In this document: piece by piece, positions 1-15,000 of the stretch
Layout of the letters: each line of letters begins with the position of its first letter
How positions within the stretch are numbered: the stretch's first letter is position 1
Notes under the pieces: model-generated
Database searches by the model: none
Told to the model about the DNA's origin: nothing
What the model saw: only the letters and a program-made list of their open reading frames with translations
Translations under genes and position numbers: made by a program
DNA from: Paraspadella gotoi
Lineage: Eukaryota; Animalia; Chaetognatha
Length of the DNA: 64,000 bases
Direction of reading: 5' to 3'
Assembly: GCA_051294375.1 (NCBI GenBank)
Contig: CM119265.1
Location: forward strand, 11,161,818 to 11,225,817

Positions 1-764
1 TGCAACCTTGTTTATGAGCAATTTACGAGAGAGCTAATATCAGTTTATTTTTAATATATTTTTATGCCGCTCTCTGGAGGACGATATCAATATTCACTTG
101 CAAAAAAAACGTTTTTAAATTCCTACTATGGTTTCCGAGATATAGTCATAAACGTCAGCCTTGAAAAGCAAAATTTGTCAAAATATAATTTTCGAGTTTC
201 TTCTTAGATTTCTGACGCGCAAGTACTAACTATTTAAAAGAAAGAAAACGTTTTGCTGATTTCTTCCAGCATAATACATAAATGAGTAAGACGATGGGTA
301 CACCTGAAAGTGATATGTCTCTAGAAAACGGAAAATTTTTCTTTAGGTTTTATTTTGAAATTTAGGTAATGTACCAATTTGATAAATTGAGAATGAGATA
401 CTCCCCCCCTTTGCCGAAATTTTTATTTAACAAAGATTTGCAATGCGTACGGTACGCGAAGCGTAGAGTGTCCTTTTTCCAGGGATGAAATAACTCTTCT
501 ATTTTTACGTCCAATGAGCTGATATTTTAACATTAAATAGTCTCAACGTAGGTTTATTGCCCATTGGGTTAAAATTTAAATCGGACAATTCTAAACCACT
601 TAAAAATAGGCCCCCCCAAAAAAAAAATTAAAAGTTGCATACAATTGAAACGTTCTTTGAACTATTTTCCACTTCATTGATAGGGAAGCCAGGTACTCTG
701 GGAGTGAATAAACGAGACTGTGAGAGAGTCTTGATTGAAAGCTTGCAGGGACCTGCTATGTCAT

Positions 765-827
765 TATCTTGTAAGAGTGATGGAGGCCTTAAACCACCAA
801 AGCCTGTCCAAAGTCAGGGGCAAGATA
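765..827 (+). ncRNA. P5-type twister ribozyme, family A (copy 1)
   Basis: P5 TATCTTGT/GCAAGATA; GA[TGG]-AGGCCT-T^AA-ACC-AC; P4 CCTG-T[CCA]AAGT-CAGG; T1 CCA/UGG, T2 AC/GU; predicted cleavage 790|791; within a repeat (638-862) also found at 45526-45750. Confidence 0.72.
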
Positions 828-1014
828 GCTTATTTATTAAATGAATGGATAATTTTTATATTTCTGAGACGGCAAGCTCTGTAACTCGAGTAGAAATGAT
901 AATTTGAAAGCGAGTTTTTGTCTTGTTATCGAGGACTCATATGGCTACTCCCCCTTCGGTAAGCCATTGCTCTACGACCACTTTTGGGACATAGCAGTTT
1001 ATTGTAAAAGTTTA

Positions 1015-1089
1015 CCTTGAGTGGGATTCGAATCCTACCATTCCATTCTGCGTCGAAGTCTTAGTTTTTAACTACTCGGCCATCTCGTT
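1015..1089 (-). mobile_element. tRNA-derived SINE head
   Basis: A box TGGCCGAGTAG and B box GGATTCGAATCC on the minus strand; cloverleaf broken. Confidence 0.55.
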
Positions 1090-1142
1090 ATTTAAAAAAA
1101 AAAAAAATTCAAAATCCTAAATATAAATTTTTTTTTTCTTTT

Positions 1143-1555
1143 TAGTCAGATCTGCTTTCAGCAGATTCTGACTCTATAATTCACTTTGTCAGTCCCTCAG
1201 TCTTGTCGGGCATTCACTTATATCATGTCAGAACATCGAATTATAATAAATTATGCAAAAAAATGATGTCCATCTGTCCGTCCCACCTTAGCAAAAAGCA
1301 CTAATTACTCGTGATTTGATGGATGGATTGGAATGAAATTTTGTGTGTGGGTAGGGAAATTTGTAATTAAGCTGGATATGAAGTTTCAATGGAATCGTCC
1401 AAGTGGAAATGAGTTTGAATGGAAAAAAAAATTTACTATTTGAACACCAATTACTCAGGAGTGGATGGGGCGATTGACTTGAAATTTTGTATGTGGGTAG
1501 AAAAGTGTGTGATTAAGCTGGAAATCAAGTTTCGATGGAATCGTTTCGAGTGGAA
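1143..1555 (+). mobile_element. HINE/DINE-like element, 5' part
   Basis: Terminal hairpin TAGTCAGATCTGCTTTCAGCAGATTCTGACT and family core. Confidence 0.7.
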
Positions 1556-2259
1556 TTTTAAAACGGTTTTTTGCAAGTGAATATTGACATCATCCTCCAG
1601 GGACTGGCATAAAAATATATAAAAAATAAATTAAAACTAACTCCTATGAGTTATCTAGTACAAATCCTTGTTGGATCCAAATGAGTTCGATTTTAAGCGA
1701 AAGTTGATCGGTTTGAAGCGTGATTTTCGCGATCCTTTTTTGGCCATAACTTTTGAACGGATAATCCATTTTTGATGAAATTTCGAATGTAGATAATATT
1801 TAAAATTTCCTATCGATTGGCACCAAATTTATTTAAAAATACTTGTTTAGAAACGATGGACACCCCCAGAATTAATTATTTTTGATGATATCACGATAAC
1901 ACAAAAGGATTTAAAAGACTTTCAATCAATCATTTATATCCAAACCACTAAAGAAAAAGTGCAATTATAAAGGGTGCATATTGAGTAAATAATACTTTTT
2001 CGAGTAGAAGAACTAAGGGAAGCCTTGACATTGTGTCTACAATATTTGCAGTATATGAATAACATTAAAATTAAATAGATGGAAAAGCAAGAAAGGGGCA
2101 AACTCGAAATAAAAAAAATCACTTTTCTTATGTGGTAAAAACGTCGACATTGCATTTTACACGGAACGTACAATGTACATACATTACAAATAGGAAGAGA
2201 ATACCGAAAACTGGTCGACGACATTATAACTATATCACTTTTTATAAAAAAAGGAATAA

Positions 2260-2265
2260 TTTATT
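2260..2265 (-). promoter_or_regulatory. Candidate polyadenylation signal (AATAAA) of TUBGCP3
   Basis: TTTATT on the + strand ~120 nt downstream of the stop codon; weak evidence in AT-rich DNA. Confidence 0.4.
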
Positions 2266-2386
2266 AAAAAGAAAAGAGCGACGTTTTTTTTCTTCACCTC
2301 GCGACGGCGATTTCCGGAAATTTAAAAGGAATGCAGAGTCTTTTGTTTTGTTTTGTTTTGGCAGTGAAACAGCTTTTTCGTGACGA

Positions 2387-3929
2387 TCATAACGACGACA
2401 GACCCTGATGCCTTTTATCCGGCGCCACGGCATGGATCCTATCCATGGACGCGTGATGCTGCGCCGCCTGGAGCTGCGGGTGTTGTGGGGCGACGGGGGG
2501 TGAAGCGGACGCCGCGGCGGCGCACCCCGAGGTGGCGGGCCCGGCGGTGGGATGACGCCTGTAAGGACTCTGGAAACAGAGGGAGGTCCGCAGCTTGGGT
2601 TCTTTACCCTTGTAGTACTCGTTAAAATCGAGTCGAAAGGAGAGAAACTTGAGATTGTCGTCCGAGTGAGAATTGAGCATGAGAAGGAACTTGTTGACCA
2701 TGTCTTGATAGGTCTGGTAGAGGATCATCAGCTTGGACTTGTAGGCGGAGACGGTGTTCTTTTGGAAGGCCTGACGCCTGGCCACCTCTGTATACTCTTC
2801 TTCCTCGCCGCCGCCCCACTTACCCTCCTGGGTCCGCGCCGTCTTCCGACCCTCTAGGCGCCAACGTCGATTCTGCTCCTCCAAAGCCCGGGTGAACAGC
2901 TCGTTCTGAGGCGGCAAAAGAGAAATGGGAATTGGATGAGTCATTTAAAAATTATGTAAATGGGACGGCCAAAGACCGCGATGGATATCTCTTTACGATA
3001 ACTTCCCCCCCCCAAACGACCGAAATCCTCCTCTTCCCGCCTTCCCTCGCCTGAATAGTCTGAAACTTGGTGATCTGGTCCAGCAAAAGTCTGAGTTGAC
3101 TAAGAATGGTCTCGGATTTAGGGTCGAGCAAAGACCGAGCGATGATGGTGTCCAGAAACTCTTCGTGGGCAGAAATTAGTTGATCCATATCTCCCGCGGC
3201 TTTGACCTGAAAGATTGAAGTTGTTACGTAAAAAATAACAAAAACAACTGAGTATGCGAGAACTGGTAATCCCTCCGCCAACTCCACCTTTTTAAGAAGG
3301 ACGTCCCACGAACATTCGAGGACTTCGAAGGTAATGTAATATTGCAGTTGTCCGATGAAGTGAACCATCTCCGTAGTGATGACTTGACACAAGTGGATCA
3401 CGTAGGACATCTCCGTCAACACGGGACCGCGGGAACGCAGCAATCGACGACTGTCCGCCATCTGGTTGCTCCAGATGCTGGAAGGTTCAAAAATGTGATG
3501 AACTATCGGGTAAAGTTGCCCATCGGAGGTCGTTAGTTAAGAGAAGTTTTCCCTAATGTTATTTTAAATATTTTTACATTTACTGAGAGGAAATATTGTT
3601 GATGCAACATTTCAAATAAATCGGTTCACGCATTGAAAAATAATCTACAAAAATCTTAAAAGCAATAGGAATCGAGCCTACTTTTGATGATAACCAAATA
3701 TTGAAGCGATGATAACCAAATATTGATGCGATGATAACCAAATATTGATGCGATGATGACCGAAGGATTGATGCGATGATAACCAAATGATGGATGCGAT
3801 GATAGTCATTTATTGATGCGATGATAATCATTCATTGATGCGATAATAGTCCTTCATTGATCGGATGATAATCATTCATTGACGTGATGAGTTAATTAGA
3901 GAATTAGAGAGAGAGAAAAAGAGAGAGAG

Positions 3930-3960
<31 letters not shown>

Positions 3961-5050
3961 ATAATAAAATAATAACAAAAGTTTTTTAGAAGAAAAAAAA
4001 TAAAAATCTATGAAAATCTCGGAAATAAATTTGGGATTTTGTATTAGAAAAAAGTGGCGTTGATAAAAATAAAATTGTTTTATTAGAGTGTGATTAAGCA
4101 TCAATTAACTTTCTATTTTTTTTTTCAATTGAAATAAGACTGAAGTCTTTTGTTCATCTAGTTCAATGAGGTTGAATACCTTATTTTTTTTCATATTATT
4201 GAAAATGAATGAGATTGATATTGATTGTATGAAATGAAAATCGTCGCTATAAAGCTAAACTATTTTCAATAATAACGGTCAAAATTATAATCTCTATTAA
4301 CTAGAAGAGTTTGAAATGAATTTTCAACAACGATTTTATTTTTAATAAAAAAAACGGACATGTTTCGGCTTAACTACAAGCCTTCATCAGCATTAAAAAA
4401 GTTAGTGAATTTGAAACAAATTATGTGCATAAAGAAAGAGTGAGAGAGAGAGAGAGGAGAGAGCAAAGTTTCCAACACAGAGTTGAGAAAGGATTATACC
4501 ACAATCTCTATTAACAAAATATATAGTTGACAATAATCAGTTAACGACTATGATATTTTTGACTTCCAAATATTTTTTTTACTTATTCAAATTAAATTTT
4601 ATTTCCTCATCTTAAAAAAATTTAATTTTGAATGAAATTTTAGATTGTTATATTTTTATATATTATATGAAATTGGTTATATTATTTATATTAATCCGCG
4701 CAATTGCCGAATATATAGCAGGTATCGCCTACCTGTCACACAAGTTGATGTACATGAGACATTGCCTGCATTATAAGTTTTCTAAAATGATTTAACGAAA
4801 ATCTAGGATGTAAATTTGGGATTTTGTATTGAAAAAAAAAAATAAATGGCGATAATAAAAGTTTTTAGAAGGAAAGAAATAATAATAATTTTTTAAAAAA
4901 CGAACGATCGTACAGAGAGAGAGAGACAGAAAGACAGAGAGAGAGAAAGAAGCTGAACAGACGCTGCAGAGCCGGAACTCGTTTACTCGTCGCCTTGTGA
5001 TGGTGGTGAAAAAAAAAATGACTAAAAAATTTTTTTTTGTAAAAAAAAAT

Positions 5051-5081
<31 letters not shown>

Positions 5082-8000
5082 AAGAGAGAAAGAGAGAGAG
5101 AAAGAGACAGAAAGAGAGAGCGAGAGCCGGAACTCGTTTACTCGTCGCCTTGTGACGGTGGTTAAAAAAAAGTGAATAATTTTTTTTCTGTAAAAAAAAA
5201 AAGAGAGAGAGATAGAGAGAGAGAGAGGGAGAGAGACGGAGGGAGAGAGAGAGCCTGAACTCGTTTTTAAACGATTCAGAAAAGGCAGCGCCTGATCAAA
5301 TATATATTTTTTTTAGAAAGAAAAAAATAATCAGAATTTTTCAAAAAAGGAACGATCGCGCAAGAGATCGTACAGAGAAAGACAGACGCACTCAGAGAGA
5401 GACTGAACTCGTTTTTAAACAATTCAGAAAAGGCAGCGCCTGAAAAAAAAAATTATGTAATTAAAAAATAAATAAAAGGCAAAAAATGTTACAATGGTTT
5501 ACAATTGGAAATTTTTCCAATTTTTTCCAATACATAGGTCGTTAACGATTTTATTTTTATTTGTTATTAAAATTAAGATATAGCTCTCATTAAAAAGATC
5601 CTTTGAGTTCCCCATTTTTTATATTATAGATTAAAAATTTTTTTTTGAATTTCATCTTCAATATTATATACTGCAATATGAAAATTAGATTAAAGCATTT
5701 CTATATACTAATTTGGATATTATAATGAGTACTATAATCTCATTTGCATATTGCAGTAAATCATAATGAAGTGGAAATTCAAACCAAAAATACTTAAATC
5801 CAAATGTAATAAGAAAATATCAAAGCTATTTCAAGATAGAGAGCCCTATCTAAATTTTTAACTTACTATGATCGCACACTTTTATAAAACTTTATCATAA
5901 TTCATAATAATTATTATAAAAAAAAATGGTAAGTCACAGCCAACACTATAAAAAGCGTAGTAGTTTTTATTATAAAAACAGCGTGACGCCGACGACGACG
6001 TCATAACATTTTATTCATGAGTCCATTTAAACGTTAAAAATTAATCTATAAAAAAAAAAATTATCTTTGAATTTCAATATGTAGTTAGTTTTTACATAGT
6101 TTATTTTCCAGTCTTTTACACTGTTACTGTTTATTGGATTAGTTGTCAATTTACTCGGTTTTTGGTATTAATAATAAAAATTAAAAAAATTATTTTTCTT
6201 TTTCTTCTTTTTCTTGTTGTCTTTTGTTTTCGTTGATTTTTAATAGTTTAGTTTTTACTTGCTTACTGTCTTCTTATTTTTTACTTTTTATATTTTTTTG
6301 TTTAAAAATTTTATTTTTGAATGTTCTTGAACGTTATAATTTATAGTTTCTTATGAATTATTTCATAACATTTTATTCACGAGTCCATTTAAACGTTAAA
6401 AAATTTATCTAAAAAAAAAAAATTATCTTGAATTTCAATATGTAGTTTAGTTTTTACATAGTTTAGTTTTCCAGTCTTTTACACTGTTACTGTTTATGAT
6501 TATGTCAATACTGTTTTTGGTATTAATTTAAAAAAAAAAAAAAAAATATGTCACAAAGAAGCTCACCCGAAACAAAATCAAGCCTGAACCGGCTTCGCCG
6601 GTCATGGCTTGATAAAAATTTTAAAAAAACCCACTTTTTAGTGGGGTTTTTTGGATATTATAATGAGTACTATAATCTCATTTGCATATTGCAGTAAATC
6701 ATAATGAAGTGGAAATTCAAACAAAAAATACTTGAATCCAAATGTAATATGAAAATTTTAAAGCTATTTCAAAATGAGAAGCCATATCTAAATTTTTAAC
6801 TTACTATGATCGCACACTTTTATAAAAATATATCGTAATTCATATTTATTTTTATTTAAAAAAATCTTAAAAGCATAAGGATCGTCGCAATTGCATAAGA
6901 AAAATCTGGATTGACGACAAATTTTGATACTAAAAAAATCAAATTTGAGAAAAGAAAATTAATTTATAAACAAAGAAAAAAAAAGAATAATAAATATAAA
7001 ATAATAAAATAACTTATTTTCAAGTTTAATTTTTAGCAAGTGTTAAATATGGAAAGACATTATTGAAGGTACTTGTGACATACTCGTTTTTTTCCCCTAT
7101 GATTATGAATCAGTGACTAGGGAAAAGAGAGAGGGAGAGAGACATGTAATTAAAAGAGAAAAGAGAGAAAGAAATATGAAAATAAAAGAGAAAATTTGTT
7201 TGTTTTCATAAAACATAAACAAAACATATTTAATAACAGTCCAGACTCAATTTTAAGCAAATCGATGATGAGAAGCTGAATATAAATTTTCAGCTTCATA
7301 CATTGAAATTTAATCATAAAAAAGGCAATCTAAAATTTGGAGCGCCGACGACAACAAAAACGAGGACGACGCCACTTATGCGCAAAAGCGTTACAATATT
7401 GTCGCAAACGCTAAGCGATTGCGACGATAAAAAAACTAAGTCCCAGAAAAAACTATAAAAGCGTAGTAGTGTTTATAGAAAAAAAGCGTGACGCCGACGC
7501 CGACGACGACGTCACAAAGAATCGTCCTCTTCTCATTATCTCGCCAAGATTACTTGGCGAGATAAAAAAATGATTTTATTTGATATCTTTTGAACTAAAA
7601 ATGATAGAACGATGAGACTGGTATCATATTAAAGTCATAATTATGGGGCATCTTTTCCATATAATTTTTCTCAAACGTTTCTGAATCTTAGTCTAAAGTA
7701 TAACAACTTTTGAAATTAAATTAAACATACTTGGCTGTATTTAAAACAAGTTTGAGCGCAAACAATGTCGGATCTGCCTACGATAATTAATGAATTAAAT
7801 TGATTAATTAATTAATTTTAATATGTAATAATTAATTTTAAATTTATATTCAACTTATCATCATCGATGTCCTTAAAATTGGGTTATGGACAGTTATTAA
7901 ACATGTTTTGTTTACATTTTATCAAAACAAACAAATATCCTTTATTTTATTTTATGTCTCTCTCTCTCTCTTTTTATGCAATTGCGACGATCTTTATGCT

Positions 8001-9033
8001 TTTAAGATTTTTTTTAACTTGCATCATGTTTATCACATTATTAATTAATTAATTAATTTATTAGTAATCATCTAATATTAAAGATTCAAGTAAATGTGAC
8101 TTATGTTTTTCTCATCAAAAAAGAAAAAAGAATAAACTCATTTCCAGCTGGCACAAAATCCTCCCCCGTCAAAACTTTATATAATTATTATGATATTAAT
8201 AAATATTTAAAGCTTGCAGTTCAAGCAAACCCAATGAACTAAATTCAAAAACAATTACTTGAAAATCGATTTAGTAGTAAAAAGGAAAAAAAATTTTTTA
8301 AAGAGAATAGAAGTTGTAAAAAGTGTTCAATTTTGGCCCGCCTTACTAGATATTAGGCTCGGAACAGGTGAAAACTAGAAGTTCTCTCAAATGGTTAATG
8401 GTGAATGGTTAAGAGACTATTAAATAATATGAAAATGTAAATAATTTTTAAAAATTTGCTTATCAATTTTTTTTATAGATTCTGATAGAGCTTTAAAAGT
8501 TAGATAAAGGTTATTAATACAACTTTTTTTTTGTTTTATTAATGAAAAATATAAAAAACTAAAATTAAGCCAATAATGATGATGATGATAATTTTTTAAG
8601 GTTTTTTCTATTTTCAACCAATTTATTGTCAAAATTTGAAAAAATTATAGTACTAACTTTCATTTAACTTTTTAAGCTCTACAAGAACCCGTTCTTAAAA
8701 AAATCAAATTTAAATTTTTTTTTTTGGTCATTTGTTATATATTAATAAATATTTAAATGCTCAGTGCAACAACCCAAGAACTAATTCAAAAAGTTACATT
8801 GAAAATCGATTTAGTAGTAGAAGGAAAAAGAAATTTTTTGAGAACTAGAAGTTATAAAAAGTGTTCAATTTTGGCCCGCCTTACTAGATATATTGCATGT
8901 GATTAAACAATGTTATCGAAAATAATTTTATCAATTTATGTATTTTGTAAGTATTTTAATTATTTATTCTGTGAGTAAAATAACTTTTTTATTGGCTAAT
9001 TTTTATTTGACTCTCTCTCTCTCTTTCTTTCTT

Positions 9034-9069
<36 letters not shown>

Positions 9070-12000
9070 AATTGCAACGATCCTTATGCTCATTTTTCTG
9101 CTCTCTCTCTCTCTTTGCAATTGCTACTGACTTCCATTAGCTCATTTACTGTCTCATGCTTCTCCTTTACGCTACTTCTCAATTTCGTCTATACTCTCGT
9201 CTTCTCTCTCTCTCTCTCTCATCTCTCATAATATAAAGATTCAAGTGAATCATGTAACTATGTTTTTCATTTAAACTCATTTCCACTGGCACATATTCCG
9301 TAAATAAAATTTATATCGCTTCTTTCACACACTTTCACTACCCGCTCACAAATTTCAATCTCAATGCTATAGTAGTTTAAATAAAGTAAAAAGATTAAGT
9401 AATTGACTCATATTTTTTTCCATTTAACTCATTTCCACTGTACGCTTTCCACCGAAACTTTATATCAAGCGATCGTTACATCATGTTTTCTACCCACAAA
9501 AAAATTTAACCTCCAATCTATCCATCCATTATGATTAATTAGAGTCATTATCTGGTTAAAATAATTAAAAATTTTAGTAAATGCGACTTATGTTTTTTTC
9601 CTGCTTAAATCACACGATTCCGTCGAAACTTGTAATATCCAGCTTTATCACTCACTTCCACCCGTACACACACAAAATTTCTTTCCATCCAACCAGCCAA
9701 TCACGAGTTATTGGAGCTTTTTGCTAAGGTGGGACGGGATGGACGGATTGATTGACTGATAATTATTGATTAATTAATTAACTAATTGATTAATTAACTG
9801 ATTAATTATTGATTTATTAATACATCCTGCATATATCATTAATATAAAAGGAAAAAGAATCATAATAATTAGTGAAACAGGTTTTTTTTTCTATTTAAAC
9901 TCATTTCCACTCAAAAGATTCCATCGAAACTTGGTTTCCTGTTCAATCACACACTTTTCTACTCACATACAAATCCAGGTCAATCGATAATTAAGTGGCC
10001 ATAAGCTAACCTGTTCAACTTGCATAATTTAATCAACTTGCATAATGTTGGTCAACTGACATAATTTGGTTAACTGACATAATTTGGTCTACTGACATAA
10101 TTTGGTCAACTGACATAATTTGATCAAATAAGATAATTTGGTCAACCGGCATAATTTGGTCAACTGGCATAATCTATCAACTGGGCTAATTTGGTCAACT
10201 AGCATAATTTGGTCAACTAGCATAATTTGGTCAACTGCATATATTGGTCAACTGGTATGATTTGGTCAACAGGCATAATTTGGTCAACAGGCATAATTTG
10301 GTCAACTTGCAGAACTTGATCAACTTGCAGAATTTGGTCAACTGGCATAATTTGGTCTACTTTAAGAATTTGGTCAACTGGCATATTTTTGTCAATGTGC
10401 ATAAATTGGTCAATCAATCAGAGATAGAGAGAGAGAAACTTTAAAAAATTCAAATAAATGTATCTTTTGGTTTTCTAATTTGAACTCTTCCATCAAAAAT
10501 TTATATCCAGCTTTATCACATACTTCCTACCCACACACAAAATTCCATTTCGATTTATCTATCCAATTTTATATAAACTATAATTATGAGTAAATTTAAG
10601 TAAAATACTTCAAGTAAATATGACTTTTGTTTTTCCATTTTAACTCATTTCCACTCGCACGATCCATCGAAACTTTATATCAGCTCAATCACACACTTCC
10701 CTACCCATCATACAAAATTTCAAGTCAATTGCCCTATCCATCCATGAGCAATTGTGCGTTCAAATAGTGAAATATATTTTTTTGTTTTTTTTTCATTTAA
10801 ACCAATTTCCACTCGCACGATTCCCTCGAAACTTCATATCCATCTCAATCACACAGTTTCCTACCCACACACAAAATTTCATACCAATCCATCCATCCAA
10901 TCACGAGTAATTGGAGTTTTTGCTAAGGTGGGGCGGACGGACGGACGACGGACGGACGGACGGACGGAAGAGACGGACGGACATCGTTTTTTTTGCATAA
11001 TTTATCATAATTCGATGTTCTGCATGACATAAGTGTGTGCCCGACAATATTGAGGGGGCGGACCGACGGGACCGACAAAAGTGAGCTTATAGAGTCGGGA
11101 TTTGCTGATAAGCAGATCCGACTAAAAATAATATGGATAAAAATATTTGGAAAAGGAAATAAAAAATAAGCTAAATTTCAAAAGATAAAAAAATATGATA
11201 AATAAAAAGAATAAGAAAAATTAACATTGGAAATAAAAAAAGGGGCAAAAACCAATATTAATTGAAAAGGAAGATGGGGACAAAATGCAGGAATGGAAGG
11301 AAATAAAAAACTCGGTCAAAAATACTATAAATAAAAAAATATATATAAATTTGGTATCTATTGTCATTCAATAATTTTGCAAAACTGAGAACATGGTATT
11401 AAAAATTATTTTAAGCACTTAAAATTATAAGATTTTCAATTATTTACACATAAAATATTAATGAATGGCTCTATGCTCTTAATAATAGTGTTTTAGTTAT
11501 TATTTTTTGTAATATTATAAAAAATTATACATAATTTATTAAGTGTTCCGTTTTACCCCAGGGTGGGGTAAACGGAACACTTTTTCAATTTTTTTTTAAA
11601 AAAAGCGACCCCTCTGGGCCGCAGGATAAAAATGAATATATCAACCTGTAGCGGGGACACTTTCTAGATATATCACCAGAAATTTTTTTTTTTTAATAAA
11701 TTTTTACTATGCAAAAAATTTGATTACTTCCAAAAGTGTTCCGTATTACCCCGCACTACCCTATTTTAAGTATTTTTTAGTCAAAACCTTTATGGATTTT
11801 CTTCGTTCCGGCTGCGTTGGATAGCCCAAACACTGCAGTTTCAGAAATCATTCAGGGGTATGGAATATTTACTGCGCTACTGGTGCAAAAATTGCTAGGA
11901 ACCAAAATTATCAGAAACCGCTTCGTTCTTTCGGATTTTTTTCTAAGCGCGGAGCGACATATCTACATAAACATCAGCCACTTCGCGACATGGACAAAAA

Positions 12001-15000
12001 AACTAACCTGCTGAGAATATACTCCATCCTCTTGGCGCGCCAGAGAAAGTTGAAGACGCGAAGGTAAGTAAGCAAGGACTCTTGGGTAAAGACTGTGGAA
12101 ATAGGAGGATTAACATGATAGTCAAGGCAGAAGACGTCCCAACCGGCGTCACCAGGCGACACCTGCCAATTGGTTAACGTTAAATTTAAGATGAGAGTCA
12201 AATTAAAGTTTCGTTTTGCTAATTGGCGTCAAGGGTATTGAATGAATCCTCTGGACTTACCTGCAAGAGTCTGACGTCGAGCCGCTTCAAAATCTCAGGA
12301 TTGTCATACTGCGCGTTGGTGGCCCGGATGGCGGCCTCCAACGTCCCTACAAAAGATGCCAAACGTCAATCGGATTCGCTGAGGCTCGAAAACAGATCCC
12401 TACCACGATCATCTCACCGGTAAGATTATGCATGTAAAGCAGATTGGCCGGCTTTTCCAGGTCGTCGGCCAGGAGGTCCATGAGGTGACGGATGAAGTCA
12501 CCCTGGCCAAGGAGCAAGTACCGACGCATTCCCATCAAGTGGTCCATGAACTGATAACGCTGATGTAGAACCTGGGAAAAAGCAAAAAAATCAAGGAAAC
12601 CGCTGGAGGTGGTTGGTCTTTAACAATGAGGTTGATTAACCAATATCAATAGCCAATAACCATTTCACGTTTCTCAAGCTTTTTACCTCCAATAGATATT
12701 TGTTGGTGGAAGTGTACGAAGCATCTATAAGCTTTTGAAACTGACCGAGGATGTCTTGCTCGTACATGCATTGAACAGGTTGAAGAGTGGAGGATTTTCT
12801 GAGAAAGGGCGAGCAATAAAACTTATGAAAATAAGACGAAGGAACCTAAAAAGAGAGATGCAATTCCAAAGCTAACCCCGGTACGCCGGCGGCGTCTGCG
12901 GAGACGACGGGTCTTGCCGGGCATCCTGGAATTGCGCCAGGGGTGGCACCATCGGTGATCGCGTTGTCTTGACACAACTGACGAAGGAAATTGATTGATT
13001 TTCCGCTGAGAAGAATTTTGTTCGCTTGTTCCGTTGAGATGAAAGATGGAACCATGGATCGACGAAGGGTGTACTTGTCGTGCCAGAGTCGGTCCGCCTT
13101 CACCTGTATTTAAATAAACTCGTTTAATAAAAGAAGGAAAGGGAGTGGGGAGAAAGGAAATGAAAGAAGACCAACCTGCGGATCAGAGGCGACGAAAAAC
13201 TCGTGAAAGGCGTCGTCGAGTTCTCCGTCGAAGATCCAAGCCATCAACTGCGAATGAATTGGGAGCGCGATCCAGCACAACACGTTCTCCACGATGGAGC
13301 GAAGGTAAGGATTGCCCGTTTGCATGTGCGCGTGCACTGAGGATGCCAATGCGCCACCTTTTTGGCCCTTACAGGCATCCACCATGGCGGCGATGGCCTT
13401 GAGACGCATCAGTGGCTCCGCCAACCAAACTTGGAGACGCCTCAGCGTCAAAGCTTCGGAGGACGGCTCTCCGTTTGTGATAGCCTCTTCGTCCTGTAAA
13501 AGTGACAATTAATTGACGATAAATTACAATATTTGGGAAATACAAAATATAGCAAGACCACTATCTTTTAATTCTCGTCCTTCGTTTTCGATAAATTTGG
13601 TATCGATCGATAGCAAATTCCCTCTAGTTTCTTAGTTTAAAATTTCATTAAAATCGGTCCACGCGTTCAAAAGTAATCGCCAAAAAACGATCAAAAAAGT
13701 GAGCCACATAAGATTTGAAGTACGTAGTACTAATCATTAGTCCGACATGACTACATGTATTTACGCTCGTGACGGCGCGTGGGCGTGACCATAGGGGGAG
13801 AAAAGTGTCTCGACGGCGGACGGCCGTGAATTCGATAACAGGGTCTTACTTTGCCCTGTTTCTCGAGAGAGAGAGAGAGAACGCGACGACGATTATGAAG
13901 ATGAAGAATATTACGAGTCACGGGCAGTTACCTCTGACGTCATACGGTTTTAAGACCGTTTGTTTATGAGCGTTGTTTATATTTTTTATATCTTTAACTA
14001 ATCCTAATCTTAAATAATCTTTAATTAATTATCTTTATCTAATTAATCGTCACTTGAATTAGTAATAAACAAACAATATTTGAAACCAAGATCGTCGCCA
14101 TCCTGAGAGTCACCCAGAAAGTCGAGGCAGCTCAAATACTACAATTGGAGAACAACTGGACTGGACTTTATATTCTTTTAAATTATACATATAGATTCCT
14201 CTTTCAAAAGTCCTTATTTCCTATTCATAATTTTACAGCAGATTCCGACTTTATAATTCACTTTGCCAGTCCATCGGTCCGCCCCCTAATTTTATCGGTA
14301 AGTTACTTAAGGGGAGGAGCATCAATTTTTGGGCCTATATTCATTAGTTAGAGCTAATTTTCTACTTTAGAACGTCGAAAACCGCAGCCCTCTATCATTT
14401 CGGAAACCGGAGATATAGAGGTTACTAATGAAATTTCTTTGAAAAGTCCTAGGCGCCAAACGGAGTGACGGAGGTCATTCATTTTTTGGTTCAAATATCC
14501 TTACCTGAATATCTAAGTCTGACCGCATCCCTTTTTTTAAAATTCTTACAAGATTGAAATGGCCAAATCTTGGAAACGCAAAAAAAAATATTAGAAAATT
14601 TTTTTTCGGAAAAAACGATGCGGTCGGACCTGCGTAATCTCCTAAATCATCTAATGAATCAGTCACCCAATTTTTTCCATCTTTGATTTTTCTGATATGA
14701 TTTTTTTTAGATTTTCAAAATTCTTTTTCGAGTTTCCAAAATCTTTTTAGGGTAAGCACATTTTTTTCTTTTGAATTTCAATAAAATTTTCATTTTTTAT
14801 CCTAATGAAAGCAATCGCCGACGCTAATGATACAGAGAAATGTCAAAGAAAAGTTTCTGTAAAAATCAATTGTACAGTTCTTATCCTGCTTTAAGCTTTC
14901 CGTCCAAAAAAATAATTTTTAAATTAAAAAAAAAATGTAAAAAAAAGCGATTGGAAGAAGCGTTCGGAGAATAATAAACAAAAGAGGAATAAAGAAACTT

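Noticed and set aside
10020-10410. Regular 18-bp array as CRISPR
   Set aside because: Head-to-tail units with no unique spacers, inside a HINE, in eukaryotic DNA with no cas genes
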